From Spirochaetia bacterium (GTDB lineage: Bacteria; Spirochaetota; Spirochaetia; SZUA-6; Bin103): 64,000 bases of DNA. The notes beneath the pieces were generated by a model. It was not told the DNA's origin. It saw nothing but the letters and a program-made list of their open reading frames with translations, and ran no database searches. How positions within the stretch are numbered: the first letter of the stretch is position 1; the number at the start of each line of letters is the position of its first letter. A program made the position numbers and the translations under genes. The DNA is taken from contig OZ241907.1 of assembly GCA_965203515.1 (NCBI GenBank), forward strand, positions 2,016,001-2,080,000, given 5' to 3'. Of the stretch, positions 21,017 to 30,942 are shown piece after piece.

Positions 21017-21930
21017 TGGCGGTCCGGTACCGGGAATCGGTCCCCTCCCGCGTCTTCGACGCTGCCAACGCGGCGTTGGGCGTGGTCGCGTGTCTGGTCT
21101 TCCTCTACCCGTTCATCTACATCTTCTCGGTATCGATCAGCGGCTATGAGGAGGTGGGGCTGGGCAAGATCATCCTCTGGCCCAAGAACATCCATTTCGG
21201 CATCTACGGCTTCGTGTTCCGCACGCGGGTGCTGCTGCGCGCCTTCCTCAACTCGGTCATCTACACCGCGCTGTTCACGGCGCTGACGTTGTGGCTGTCG
21301 TCGATGGCCGGGTTCGTGCTGGCCGAAGAACGGTTCCGCTTTCGGCGTTCGGTAGCGCTCTATCTGGCGGCCATGCTGTTCTTCCAGGGCGGTCTGATCC
21401 CGGTATTCCTGTGGATACGGTCGCTCGGCATGGTCAACACGCTGTGGGCGATCGTGCTGCCGACCGCCGTGAACCCGTTCTACATCTTCGTCTTCCGCAC
21501 GTCGATCCGGCAGATGGTGCATCAGTCGCTGAAGGATTCGGTCTACATCGACGGCGGCGGCGACTTCCGCATCTACACCCGCATCGTGCTGCCGCTGATC
21601 ACCCCGATCCTGGCCACCATCGGCCTGTTCGCCGCCGTGTCGATGTGGAACGAGTTCTTTCGGCCGCTGGTCTATCTCTACGACCAGGAGAAGATGCCGC
21701 TCACCATCGTGTTGCGCCGCTTCCTGATCCTGCGCGACTTCGGAGGCAACATCAACAGCATCATCGAGGGGCTGGAAGAAGACGCCAGCGCCGCCTACAT
21801 CCGCAACGGCTGGCTGGGCAAGATGCGCAGCGCCATCGTCATCGTCTCGGTGGCGCCGATCGTGATGGTCTATCCCTTTCTGCAGCGCTACTTCATACGC
21901 GGAATCATGATCGGCTCCATCAAGGAGTGA
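21016..21930 (+). CDS. Carbohydrate ABC transporter permease (LplC-like)
   Basis: GGLIP, DSVYIDGG, QRYFIRGIMIGSIKE. Confidence 0.92.
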   Translation: MAVRYRESVPSRVFDAANAALGVVACLVFLYPFIYIFSVSISGYEEVGLGKIILWPKNIHFGIYGFVFRTRVLLRAFLNSVIYTALFTALTLWLSSMAGFVLAEERFRFRRSVALYLAAMLFFQGGLIPVFLWIRSLGMVNTLWAIVLPTAVNPFYIFVFRTSIRQMVHQSLKDSVYIDGGGDFRIYTRIVLPLITPILATIGLFAAVSMWNEFFRPLVYLYDQEKMPLTIVLRRFLILRDFGGNINSIIEGLEEDASAAYIRNGWLGKMRSAIVIVSVAPIVMVYPFLQRYFIRGIMIGSIKE

Positions 21931-22026
21931 GGGAGCGGCGCGACCGATCGGTCACGCGCCGGTTTGGGCAAAAGACGTGCCGGTTAGGTTAGGGGCAAAA
22001 GGGACGGCTTGGGCAGGAAGGCGTCA

Positions 22027-22214
22027 GGAGGTCGCCGAGCCGTCTGAGCTGAAACCCGGCGTGGCCGGGCTTCGCGCGTGCCACAGATCCTGTTCTTTGC
22101 GGGCCGCTGGTAAACGGCCATCTCACCTGTCCATCGGCTCAGATGCCTCCGCGGTTGCTGTGAAGGTTCGACTGCAGAGCTCCCTCGATGCTGAGGTGCG
22201 TCTCGGCGGCCTCC
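22027..22214 (-). ncRNA. Structured ~190-nt RNA candidate, 6S RNA-like (strand uncertain)
   Basis: 13-bp terminal inverted repeat, nested internal complementarities, upstream TTGCGC-16-CATAGT on the minus strand; intergenic. Confidence 0.45.
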
Positions 22215-22408
22215 CGACACTATGAGTGTCGGCATCGGCAGCGCAAACCTGAACAAACTGAACAAATTTCTCCGGCGGCGGCCTTGGAAGATCGCCGCGG
22301 ACCGCGATCTGGCCCGCGGCAGCGCCGCCGCGGTATGCTTCAGGGCGCCGTGAGTCATCGCCCGAACACGCTCCGCGCCCGACCTGCGCTCCATTCCCGA
22401 CCTCCCCG

Positions 22409-24517
22409 ATGCGCCTGAACACGACCCTGCGCGCCCTGCCCGCCGGTCAGATCGCCGTGCTGGCCGGCGCCGGCTTCCGCGACGGCGTGCCGGCCCGCGA
22501 CGCCCCGGCCGGATGGCCGATGGGGGTGGCGCGGAGGCCGGACGGCGACCTGATCGTCAACGACTACTGGGCCAATCGCATCTGGCGCATCGACCGCCGC
22601 GGCATCCTCCACCGGTTCGGCGGCGACGGCATCCCCGGCGCCGATGGCGACGGCGGCCCGGTCGCCGAAGCCCGCTTCCGGGAGCCGCACGACCTGCACC
22701 AGGACCGGCACGGCAACCTCTACCTGTCGGACCTGGGCAACCGCACGATCCGCCGCATCGACTACCGCACCGGCATCGTCACCCTGGTGGCCGGCAACGG
22801 CCGGATCGGCCGCGGCGGCGACGGCGGCCCGGCGGTCGAAGCCGAACTCGACTGCACGTGCGGGGTTGCGGTCGACGCCGCCGGCAACGTCTACCTGTCC
22901 GACGAGTGGGCCTGCAACATCCGCCGTATCGACGCGCGCACCGGCATCATCGACCTGTTCGCCGGCTACGCGGCGCGCCACTACCCCTCCGAACGGGGCG
23001 CGAGCCGCCCGTTCGCCGGCGCCGGCCTGAGCCTGATGGGCTACCACGGCGACGGCGGCCCGGCCGCGCAGGCCGCCTTCCACCACCCCGAGCACCTGGC
23101 GTTCGACTCGCGCGGCGACCTGTACGTCTGCGACAACTCCAACGACCGCATCCGCCGCATCGACATGCGCACCGGCATCGTCACCACCGTCCTGGGCAAC
23201 GGCCAGCGCGCCTCCAACGGCGACGGCGGCCCGGCGGTCGAGGCCAGCACGCTGATGCCGGACGCGATCTGCCTGGACGTGCACGACAACCTCTACGTTG
23301 GCGAGAAGTACGGCTTCCGCATCCGCACGGTGGCGGCCGCCACCGGCATCGTCTCCACCCTGGTCGGCACCGGCGTCCCGGCATGGGGAGAAGAGGGGCT
23401 GCACGGCAGCCGCACCGGCTGCAACTCCGTGGAGGCCGGCATCTGGGCCGACCCGGACGGCACCGTGCTCTGGGGCGACTGCTCCGGCCGGCTGCGCCGG
23501 TACGACGGGGCGACCGGGATCGTCACCACCGTCCTGGGCGGCACCGGCATCGGCGACGGCGCCGCGCCCGCCGGCGCCTTCCTGCGCGGCCCGGCCGGCA
23601 TCGACGTGGCGGCCGACGGATCGATCTACTTTGCCGATCGCTGGAACCAGCGCGTGCGCCGCATCGACGCCGCCGGCGCCGAGATCGCCACCGTGGCCGG
23701 CAACGGCGCCCGCGCCTACGGCGGCGACGGCGGCCCGGCGGCCGACGCGTACCTGGGGAACCCGTCCGACGTGGCGGTCGACCGGCAGGGCCGGGTCGCC
23801 ATCGCCGACAACCGCCACCAGCACGTCCGCGTGGTCGACCCGGACGGCACGATCCGCGCCGTGTGCGGCATCGGCCAACCGTGGGACAAGGGCGACGGCG
23901 GGCCGGCGATCAGCGCCGGCGTGGTCATGGTGACGTCGGTCCGGTACGGCCCGGACGACGCGCTCTACCTGGGCGACGCCGCCGGCCGCATCCGGCGCAT
24001 CGATCCGCGCAGCGGGATCATCTCCACGGTGGCCGGCATCGGCCTGCCCGGCTACGCCGGGGACGGCGGCGCGGCCAGGGCCGCCCGCGTCGGCACGCCG
24101 GAAGCGCTGGCGTTCGGCCCGGACGGCAGCCTCTACTTCGCCGACAGCGCCCAGCACGTCATCCGCCGCGTGGCGCCGAACGGGATCATCGACACCGTGA
24201 TCGGCGACGGCACGGCCGGGCGCGGCGAAGACGGCAGCGACCCGCGGCGCGCGCGCATCGACACGCCGCGCGGGCTCGACGTCGGTGCGGACGGCGCGCT
24301 GTTCTTCACCGACTCCGGCAATCACCTGATCCGCTGCCTCACCACCGGCGGCGCGCTGCGCACGCTGGCCGGTTGCGGCGCGGCGGGCGAGACCGGTTCC
24401 GGCCCGGCCGGCAGCGCCCGCTTCAACCAGCTCGGCGGCATCAGGCGCTACGGAGACGACCACCTGATCTTCGCCGACCACCTCAACAACCGGCTCAAGG
24501 TACTCCGCTGGCGGTGA
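22409..24517 (+). CDS. NHL-repeat (beta-propeller) protein
   Basis: About 12 repeats of the type GDGGPA..A....P..(L/V)AxDxxGNLYxxD..NxRIRRID..TGI(V/I)TTVAG. Confidence 0.88.
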   Translation: MRLNTTLRALPAGQIAVLAGAGFRDGVPARDAPAGWPMGVARRPDGDLIVNDYWANRIWRIDRRGILHRFGGDGIPGADGDGGPVAEARFREPHDLHQDRHGNLYLSDLGNRTIRRIDYRTGIVTLVAGNGRIGRGGDGGPAVEAELDCTCGVAVDAAGNVYLSDEWACNIRRIDARTGIIDLFAGYAARHYPSERGASRPFAGAGLSLMGYHGDGGPAAQAAFHHPEHLAFDSRGDLYVCDNSNDRIRRIDMRTGIVTTVLGNGQRASNGDGGPAVEASTLMPDAICLDVHDNLYVGEKYGFRIRTVAAATGIVSTLVGTGVPAWGEEGLHGSRTGCNSVEAGIWADPDGTVLWGDCSGRLRRYDGATGIVTTVLGGTGIGDGAAPAGAFLRGPAGIDVAADGSIYFADRWNQRVRRIDAAGAEIATVAGNGARAYGGDGGPAADAYLGNPSDVAVDRQGRVAIADNRHQHVRVVDPDGTIRAVCGIGQPWDKGDGGPAISAGVVMVTSVRYGPDDALYLGDAAGRIRRIDPRSGIISTVAGIGLPGYAGDGGAARAARVGTPEALAFGPDGSLYFADSAQHVIRRVAPNGIIDTVIGDGTAGRGEDGSDPRRARIDTPRGLDVGADGALFFTDSGNHLIRCLTTGGALRTLAGCGAAGETGSGPAGSARFNQLGGIRRYGDDHLIFADHLNNRLKVLRWR

Positions 24518-24535
24518 GCTCGGCATAATCGACCG

Positions 24536-25552
24536 ATGATTCACGACAACGTCGAGCTCCACAACGTCGCCGAGCTCCGCTATGAGCCGGACCGCGGCGG
24601 TTACCGGCTGCAGCGCGCGCCGGAGTCGGTCCGCACCGCGCTCAACCCCGGCGCGCAGGAGTGCCTGCTGCAGCCGGACAACGCCGAGATACGCTACGTC
24701 GCATCCGGTCCGTCGCAGGTGACGCTCTCCTCGCACGGACAGACCCGCGTCAGCGTCTTCTTCGGGGCGTTCGACTCCTGGCAGCGCGCGATCGTCGGCC
24801 GCGAACCGCAGACGATTGCCATCGTCCCCAGCGAGGCGCTCGACGCCCTTGCCGACCGCTACACGGCCGACATGCCGTTCTCGCCGCGCGTGGTGCGCCT
24901 GGTCCTGGGCGGCCCGGAGCGCGACCCGGTGCTGCTGCACGGCGTGGAAGGCGCGGACCTCCGCCCGCCGGCGGCGGCCGAGCTGCCGTCGCTCCGCCTG
25001 CTCACCTACGGCACCTCGATCACGCACGGCTACTTCGCCGAGGGGCCGCACCTCTCCTACGTCGGTCACGCCGCGCGCCGCCTGGGAGCGGACCTGATCA
25101 ACCTGGGGGTGGCCGGCTCCGCGCACTGCGAGCCGGAGCTGGCCGACTACATCGCCGAGCGCGGCGATTGGCACGCCGCCAGCCTGGGCCTGTCGGTCAA
25201 CATGCAGGGCTTCCCGATGCCGGAGTTTCGGCGGCGCGTGCAGTATCTGGTCGACCGCGTCGCCGGCGCCGATGCCGGCCGGCCGGTCGCCTGCATCACG
25301 CTCTACCCGTACTTCCGCGACTTCGGTTGGGAGCCGCCGGGCGAGTACGGGGGCTCGCCGGAGGAGTACCGGCAGTCGCTGCGCGACGCCGTGGCGGCGA
25401 CCGGACACCCCAACGCGCACCTGATCGAAGGCCCCGAGCTGCTCACCGACCTCGGCGGCCTGAGCGCGGACCTGATCCACCCGGCCGACTACGGCATGCT
25501 GGAGATCGGTCAGCGCCTGGCCGACCGCCTGTCAGGGCTGCTTGCGGGTTAG
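24536..25552 (+). CDS. SGNH/GDSL hydrolase
   Basis: YGTSITHG, NLGVAG, DLIHP. Confidence 0.85.
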   Translation: MIHDNVELHNVAELRYEPDRGGYRLQRAPESVRTALNPGAQECLLQPDNAEIRYVASGPSQVTLSSHGQTRVSVFFGAFDSWQRAIVGREPQTIAIVPSEALDALADRYTADMPFSPRVVRLVLGGPERDPVLLHGVEGADLRPPAAAELPSLRLLTYGTSITHGYFAEGPHLSYVGHAARRLGADLINLGVAGSAHCEPELADYIAERGDWHAASLGLSVNMQGFPMPEFRRRVQYLVDRVAGADAGRPVACITLYPYFRDFGWEPPGEYGGSPEEYRQSLRDAVAATGHPNAHLIEGPELLTDLGGLSADLIHPADYGMLEIGQRLADRLSGLLAG

Positions 25553-25560
25553 CCCCAGGT

Positions 25561-25620
25561 CAGCCCGCTTCACGGCCTTAGCCCGCCGCCACGGCCTTAG
25601 CTTAGCCCGCCGCCACGGCC
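25561..25620. repeat. Tandem duplication of the aminotransferase 3' end
   Basis: TTAGCCCGCCGCCACGGCC at 25578 and 25602, plus a degenerate copy at 25561. Confidence 0.8.
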
Positions 25621-26819
25621 GCTTCCGCCGGCTGGAGCGCTGCGGCCAGCGCGGCGATGCCGGCATCCATCTCGTCCGGGCGGTTCCAGCCAAAGCAGAG
25701 CCGCATCCGGTCCCGCCCCGACACGCCGTCGGCGGCGGTGCGCGGTCCGGGGGCGAACAGCACGCCGTTGGCCGCCGCTCGCTCGCCGGCGTCCACGGCG
25801 TCGGCTCCGTCGAGCATCCGCACGAACACGAACAGGCCGCCGGACGGCTCGGTCCAGTGCGCGCGGCCGCCCAGGTGCGCGTCGAGCGCGGCCAGGATCG
25901 CGTCCCGCTTGGCGCGCAGCAGGCCGCGCACGCGGTCGATGTGGGCGTCCAGACCGGTCTGCGCGAACCGGTGCACGGCCATCGCCGTGAACTGGCTGAC
26001 GCCGCCGGTCCCCTTGACGGCGGCCATCCGCTCCATGAGCGGCGGCGCCGCGGCGACGTACCCCAGCCGCATGCCGGGACCGATGTTCTTGGAGAACGAG
26101 GCGACGTAGATCGTCCGGCCGCTGTCGTCGAGCGATCGGATCGCCGCCGGCACCTCCTGTCCGTCGAAGGCCAGATCGACGTAGCAATCATCCTCCCACA
26201 CCGGCACGCCGCGGCGGGCGGCGATCTCGAGCACCGCCTCCCGCCGCGCCGGCGAGGCCACCCAGCCGAGCGGGTTCTGAAAGGTCGGCACCGTGTAGAC
26301 CGCCTTGACGCGCTTGCCCGCCTCCGCCGCCTCGCGGAAGCGGTATTCCAGCGAGTCGGGCAGCATGCCGTCGCCGTCCGACTCCACGCCGCGGATGTCG
26401 GCGCCGAACCGGCGCAGGATGCCGAGCGTGCCGGCGTAGGTGAAGTCCTCCACCAGCACCACGTCGCCGGGATCGATCAGCGCTTCGGCGACCAGGAAGT
26501 TGGGCTCGCTCGACCCGGAGCCGAGCAGGATGTCGTCGGGGTCGACCGTGAATCCGCGGGTGTCGGCAAGCCGGTCCGCCAGCCACTCGCGCAGCGGCGG
26601 ATAGCCGAGCGGATGGGGATAGTGCGCCAGGCTGCGGCCGGCCACGGCCAACTCCTCCCGCAGGCACTCGACCAGCTGGTCGAGCGGCAGCGAGTCGGGA
26701 TCGGGATAGGCGACTCCAAAGTCGTACCGCGCCGCCGGATGGGCGGTGCGGGCCACCGGCTCGCCCGGAACCGAGCAGGCCAGGAGCGCGTCCCACTCGC
26801 AACACCGTGCACTCATCAA
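25602..26819 (-). CDS. PLP-dependent aminotransferase (class I/II, MocR-like enzyme domain)
   Basis: FQNPLG, EDDCY, SFSKNIGPGMRLG. Confidence 0.9.
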   Translation of the reverse strand: MMSARCCEWDALLACSVPGEPVARTAHPAARYDFGVAYPDPDSLPLDQLVECLREELAVAGRSLAHYPHPLGYPPLREWLADRLADTRGFTVDPDDILLGSGSSEPNFLVAEALIDPGDVVLVEDFTYAGTLGILRRFGADIRGVESDGDGMLPDSLEYRFREAAEAGKRVKAVYTVPTFQNPLGWVASPARREAVLEIAARRGVPVWEDDCYVDLAFDGQEVPAAIRSLDDSGRTIYVASFSKNIGPGMRLGYVAAAPPLMERMAAVKGTGGVSQFTAMAVHRFAQTGLDAHIDRVRGLLRAKRDAILAALDAHLGGRAHWTEPSGGLFVFVRMLDGADAVDAGERAAANGVLFAPGPRTAADGVSGRDRMRLCFGWNRPDEMDAGIAALAAALQPAEAAVAAG

Positions 26820-26918
26820 CGATAACCTCCGCTTGGGCCATAATAGCGATCGACGCGCGCCGCCGCGACCCTGGGTCAGGGCGGGGCGGGATCACGGCCG
26901 GCGATGGAGGGTGACCGG

Positions 26919-27881
26919 ATGAGGTACGGGACCGTGCGCGGCGTCCGCAAGCCGGTGGCGCGATTGGTGCACGGCACGACCATGCTGAGCACGGCCGCAC
27001 TGCAGGAAGGCATCGACCTGCTGGACGGGGTGTTCGCGGCCGGCGGGACCGCCTTCGATGCCGCGCACGTCTACGGCGCCGGCGAGTGCGAGCGGGCGCT
27101 CGGCGCATGGATGGAACGGCGCGGCAACCGCGAACGGGTAGTGATCATCACCAAGGGGTGCCACCACAACCCCGACCGTAACCGGATGACCCCGTACGAC
27201 CTCACCGCGGACCTCATGGACTCGCTGGCGCGGCTGCGCACCGACTACGTCGACCTCTATCTGTTGCACCGCGACGATCCGGCCCTCCCGGTCGACGGGA
27301 TCGTCGCCGCCATGGCCGAGCATCGCGCAGCCGGGCGCATCCACGCGTACGGCGGCTCGAACTGGAGCGCGCCGCGCATCGAGGAAGCGAACGCCTACGC
27401 CGCCCGCCGCGGGCTGCCGGCGTTCGCGGCGAGCAGTCCCAACTACAGCCTGGCCGTGCAGGTGCGGGCGCCCTGGGCCGGTTGCCGGTCGATCGGCGGA
27501 CCGGCCGCGGCTGCCGACCGCGCCTGGTATCGCCGTACGCGCCTGCCGGTCTTCGCCTGGTCGAGCCTGGCCGGCGGCTTCTTCTCCGGCCGGTTCGCGC
27601 GCGGCGCGCCGCAGCCCGATTCCGAACAGGACGCGCTGGCGGCCGCCACCTACCGGTCGGACGCCAACTTCTCCCGGCTGGAAGCGGCGCAGGCGATCGG
27701 CCGCGAGCACGGCGTGTCGGCCGCGCGGGTAGCGCTGGCCTACGTCAGGCAGACCGGGCTCGACGTCTACCCGATCGCCGCCGCAGCGACGCCGGCCGAG
27801 TTCGCGGACAACGCCGCCGCGCTCGACCTGCGGCTTGCTCCCGGCGAGATCGCGCGGCTGGAGACCGCCGGCCTGGAATAG
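26919..27881 (+). CDS. Aldo/keto reductase
   Basis: FDAAHVYG, LRTDYVDLYLLHRDD, GGSNW. Confidence 0.9.
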   Translation: MRYGTVRGVRKPVARLVHGTTMLSTAALQEGIDLLDGVFAAGGTAFDAAHVYGAGECERALGAWMERRGNRERVVIITKGCHHNPDRNRMTPYDLTADLMDSLARLRTDYVDLYLLHRDDPALPVDGIVAAMAEHRAAGRIHAYGGSNWSAPRIEEANAYAARRGLPAFAASSPNYSLAVQVRAPWAGCRSIGGPAAAADRAWYRRTRLPVFAWSSLAGGFFSGRFARGAPQPDSEQDALAAATYRSDANFSRLEAAQAIGREHGVSAARVALAYVRQTGLDVYPIAAAATPAEFADNAAALDLRLAPGEIARLETAGLE

Positions 27882-27892
27882 CCTGACCTGAC

Positions 27893-28921
27893 CTACCGGA
27901 CCTGACTCCCGGACGCTCCGGCCTCGACCGCTGTCCAGGTCCCGGTGTCGCGGGACCGTTCGGCGGCAAGACCGAGCCGGTGGAGACGCGCGACGCGGTA
28001 ACGCCCGGCTCCGCCCTCCCCCTCCGCGTTCGGCGTGGCCGACTCGATGCAGTCCAGAAAGGCGCGCACGCATTCGTGCATGCCCGGCAGGCCCACGATC
28101 GGCTCGATCGGCGCCCACGTCTCGGTCGTCCAGGCCGGACCGGCGGCGCTGCGCCAGCGCACCTGGCCGGTCAGCAGGTCGACGCGCACGTCGCCGGCCG
28201 TGCCGGTCACGGCGATGCGCATGTCGGGGCCGGCGACGGCGCCGGTATTGACCGCAAAGGTCCCCCAGCAGCCGTCGTAGTCGAGCTGCAGGAGCCCTTG
28301 CGCCTGCGCCCGGCCGGTCGATCCGGCGCCGTCCATGGTCAGGACGCGGCCGGCGGTCCTGCCAAGCACCCGGTCGAGCGGATCGACGTACCACGGCGCC
28401 AGGTGGTCGAGCTTGCAGAGGTCCTCCTCCGGCAGCGCGCCCCAGTCGGACTCCAGCCGCACCTCCGCGAACTGCGGGACGCCGACGGTCCCGCCGGCGA
28501 CCAGCTCGGCCGCCCGCCGCACGACCGGCAGGAAGCCCAACTCGATGTCGGCGTGGGTGGGACCGCGCGCGCGCAGCAGCCGATCGATCATCCCCGGGAT
28601 CGCCTGCCGCCTCGCCGCCAACGGCCCTTCGTAGAAGACCGCCGTCCCGGCGTCGAGCGCCGCGCCGATCGCCGCCTCGTGCGCGGCCTCCGACACGGCC
28701 ACCATCACGCCGTCGACCGCCGCAGCCGCCAGCAGCTCGCCGGCGCCGGCGCAGACCTCGATCTCCGGCCCCAGCTCGCGCGCGGCGCGCTCGCGGCTGG
28801 CCGCGCTGGGCGCCGCCACCGCCGCAATGCGCGCGCGGCCGTCCGCTTCCAGCGCCGGCACGTAGGCGGTGCGCGCCCAGTCGCCGTACCCGATCAGACC
28901 GATCCGTATCTTCGCTGCCAT
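27893..28921 (-). CDS. Gfo/Idh/MocA family oxidoreductase
   Basis: IRIGLIGYG Rossmann start; VFYEGPLA variant of EKP. Confidence 0.8.
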   Translation of the reverse strand: MAAKIRIGLIGYGDWARTAYVPALEADGRARIAAVAAPSAASRERAARELGPEIEVCAGAGELLAAAAVDGVMVAVSEAAHEAAIGAALDAGTAVFYEGPLAARRQAIPGMIDRLLRARGPTHADIELGFLPVVRRAAELVAGGTVGVPQFAEVRLESDWGALPEEDLCKLDHLAPWYVDPLDRVLGRTAGRVLTMDGAGSTGRAQAQGLLQLDYDGCWGTFAVNTGAVAGPDMRIAVTGTAGDVRVDLLTGQVRWRSAAGPAWTTETWAPIEPIVGLPGMHECVRAFLDCIESATPNAEGEGGAGRYRVARLHRLGLAAERSRDTGTWTAVEAGASGSQVR

Positions 28922-29021
28922 CCCGGCAGTGTAGGGCGCGCCGCCCGCTCGTGGGTATCGGTCAGGAGCGCGACGGCCGGCGCCTTGGCATGCGCACTCG
29001 GCAGGCCCTACCATCCGATAC

Positions 29022-30023
29022 GTGATCACGTACACCGGCGACCACGCCTACCAGGACCACGATCGGGAGTTCTTCGAGCGCGAGCTTTCCTCGTTCGTTC
29101 CCGACAAGGTGTTCGACTGCCACGCCCACCTGTGGCGCGCCGACGCCTACGACGCGCCGCTGCCGCCCGGCTTTCCGGCCGACATGAACAGTGACGACTA
29201 CCTGCGCCTGACCGGCGAAGTCTTTCCGAACCGGACGTTGGGCGCCTGGTTCCTGCCCAAGCCGTTGGTCAAGCACCGGGAGCAGACCCTCGGCGTCAGC
29301 GAATGGGTCGGCAGCTCGCTGGTCGGCAAGCCGACCTGCCGGGGAGCGTTCCTGGTCAAGCCGGAGGACGACCCGGAGTGGGTGCGCCAGCACGCCCGCC
29401 GGCTCGGCCTGAGCGGGCTGAAGTGCTACCACACCTTCGCGCTCCGCACGCCGACGCTGCAGGCCGAAATACCGGAATATCTGCCGGAGGCGGTGATGCA
29501 GGTCGCGCACGAGGAGGGGTGGTTCGTGACCCTGCACATGGTCAAGGACCGGGCGGTCGCCGATCCCGGCAACCAGCACTGGATCCGCACCTACTGCGAG
29601 CGCTACCCGGACATGAAGCTGATCCTGGCGCATTCGGCGCGCGGCTTTCAGCCGTCGCACAACTTCGAGGGGCTGCCCAGGCTGGCCGACCTGCCGAACC
29701 TCTACTTCGACTCCAGCGCCAACTGCGAGCCGATGGCGCACGCGGCGATCATCCGCACGTTCGGCCACGACCGGTTCATGTTCGGCACCGACTTCGGCGC
29801 CGCCAGCCACAGCCACGGCCGCCACGCATCGGTCGCCGACACCTTCTTCTGGGTCTACGACGATGCGCCGATCTGGGAGGAAGTGCACACCTCGATCCAA
29901 CCGGTCAGCATCGTCCTGGAGCACCTGCGCTCGGTGAAGTGGGCGTGCTGGGCGGAGCGGCTCACCGACCGGCAGATCGAAGACGTGTTCTGGGGCAACG
30001 CCGCGCGCCTGTTCAAGCTCTGA
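29022..30023 (+). CDS. Amidohydrolase family protein
   Basis: DCHAH, ILAHSARG, FGTDF, GNAARLF. Confidence 0.88.
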   Translation: MITYTGDHAYQDHDREFFERELSSFVPDKVFDCHAHLWRADAYDAPLPPGFPADMNSDDYLRLTGEVFPNRTLGAWFLPKPLVKHREQTLGVSEWVGSSLVGKPTCRGAFLVKPEDDPEWVRQHARRLGLSGLKCYHTFALRTPTLQAEIPEYLPEAVMQVAHEEGWFVTLHMVKDRAVADPGNQHWIRTYCERYPDMKLILAHSARGFQPSHNFEGLPRLADLPNLYFDSSANCEPMAHAAIIRTFGHDRFMFGTDFGAASHSHGRHASVADTFFWVYDDAPIWEEVHTSIQPVSIVLEHLRSVKWACWAERLTDRQIEDVFWGNAARLFKL

Positions 30024-30127
30024 CGCCCGCCCCGGAGCCCGGCGGAACGACCAGCGGTCGCCGCGACCATCACCACTCGATCCTGCCGGTCGATCCTGCC
30101 GGACGAATGAGGGTATGATTCCCACCC

Positions 30128-30919
30128 ATGAGAATCGATCGCTATCCGCAGGGGTCGCCGTCGTGGATCGACCTGTCGACCACCGACCAGGACGCCGCCA
30201 AGTCGTTCTACGCCGGCCTGTTCGGCTGGTCGTACCGGGACATGCCGATCGACCCGACCGGCGACCGCGTCTACACCACGGCGACCGTCGACGGCGCCAG
30301 CGCCGCCGGCATCGCCGCGCAGCCGCCCGAGGAGGCGCAACGGGGCATCCCGCCGCACTGGAACGTCTACCTGACGGTCGACGACGTCGATGCCGCCGCG
30401 GTGGGCGCGGTCGAGCACGGCGGCGCGGTGCTGGCCGAGCCGTTCGACGTGTTCGACGCCGGCCGCATGGCGACTATCGGTGACCCGACCGGCGCGGTGG
30501 TATCGCTCTGGCAGCCGCGGCGGAGCATCGGCGCGCAGATCCGCGCCGAGCACGGCGCGCTCTGCTGGGCCGAGGTCCTGACCGACGATCCCGCGGCCGT
30601 CGCCGAGTTTCTGGCCGCGCTGCTGGACGTCCGCACGGAGACCGCTCCCATGCCGGACGGCGTCGAATACACCGTGGTGATGGCCGGAGACACCCCCCTG
30701 GCCGGCGTCATGGCGATGCCCGAGCACCTGCGCGAGATGCGGCATCCGCCGCACTGGAGCGTCTACATCCAGGTCGACGATACCGACGCGGCCGTCCGGG
30801 CGGCGGTCGCCGCCGGCGGCGACGTGCTGGTGCCGGCGCGGGACATCGCCACCGTGGGCCGCATCGCCTTCATCGCCGACCCGCAACGCGCCGCGCTCGG
30901 CCTGTTGACGCCGGCCTGA
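30128..30919 (+). CDS. VOC/glyoxalase family protein (two domains)
   Basis: WIDLSTTD..AKSFY..LFGW, DPTGA, DPQRA. Confidence 0.9.
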   Translation: MRIDRYPQGSPSWIDLSTTDQDAAKSFYAGLFGWSYRDMPIDPTGDRVYTTATVDGASAAGIAAQPPEEAQRGIPPHWNVYLTVDDVDAAAVGAVEHGGAVLAEPFDVFDAGRMATIGDPTGAVVSLWQPRRSIGAQIRAEHGALCWAEVLTDDPAAVAEFLAALLDVRTETAPMPDGVEYTVVMAGDTPLAGVMAMPEHLREMRHPPHWSVYIQVDDTDAAVRAAVAAGGDVLVPARDIATVGRIAFIADPQRAALGLLTPA

Positions 30920-30942
30920 GCGGCTCCCCCCTCTCTCCGTCG

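Noticed and set aside
22027..22214. RNase P RNA, tmRNA or SRP RNA interpretation
   Set aside because: Too short for RNase P or tmRNA; conserved P4, tRNA-like ends and the SRP GGAA loop motif are not properly present.
22355..25480. 1041-aa minus-strand ORF and other long antisense ORFs (18305-20728, 51274-53973)
   Set aside because: Shadow ORFs opposite well-supported genes in high-GC DNA; no motifs.
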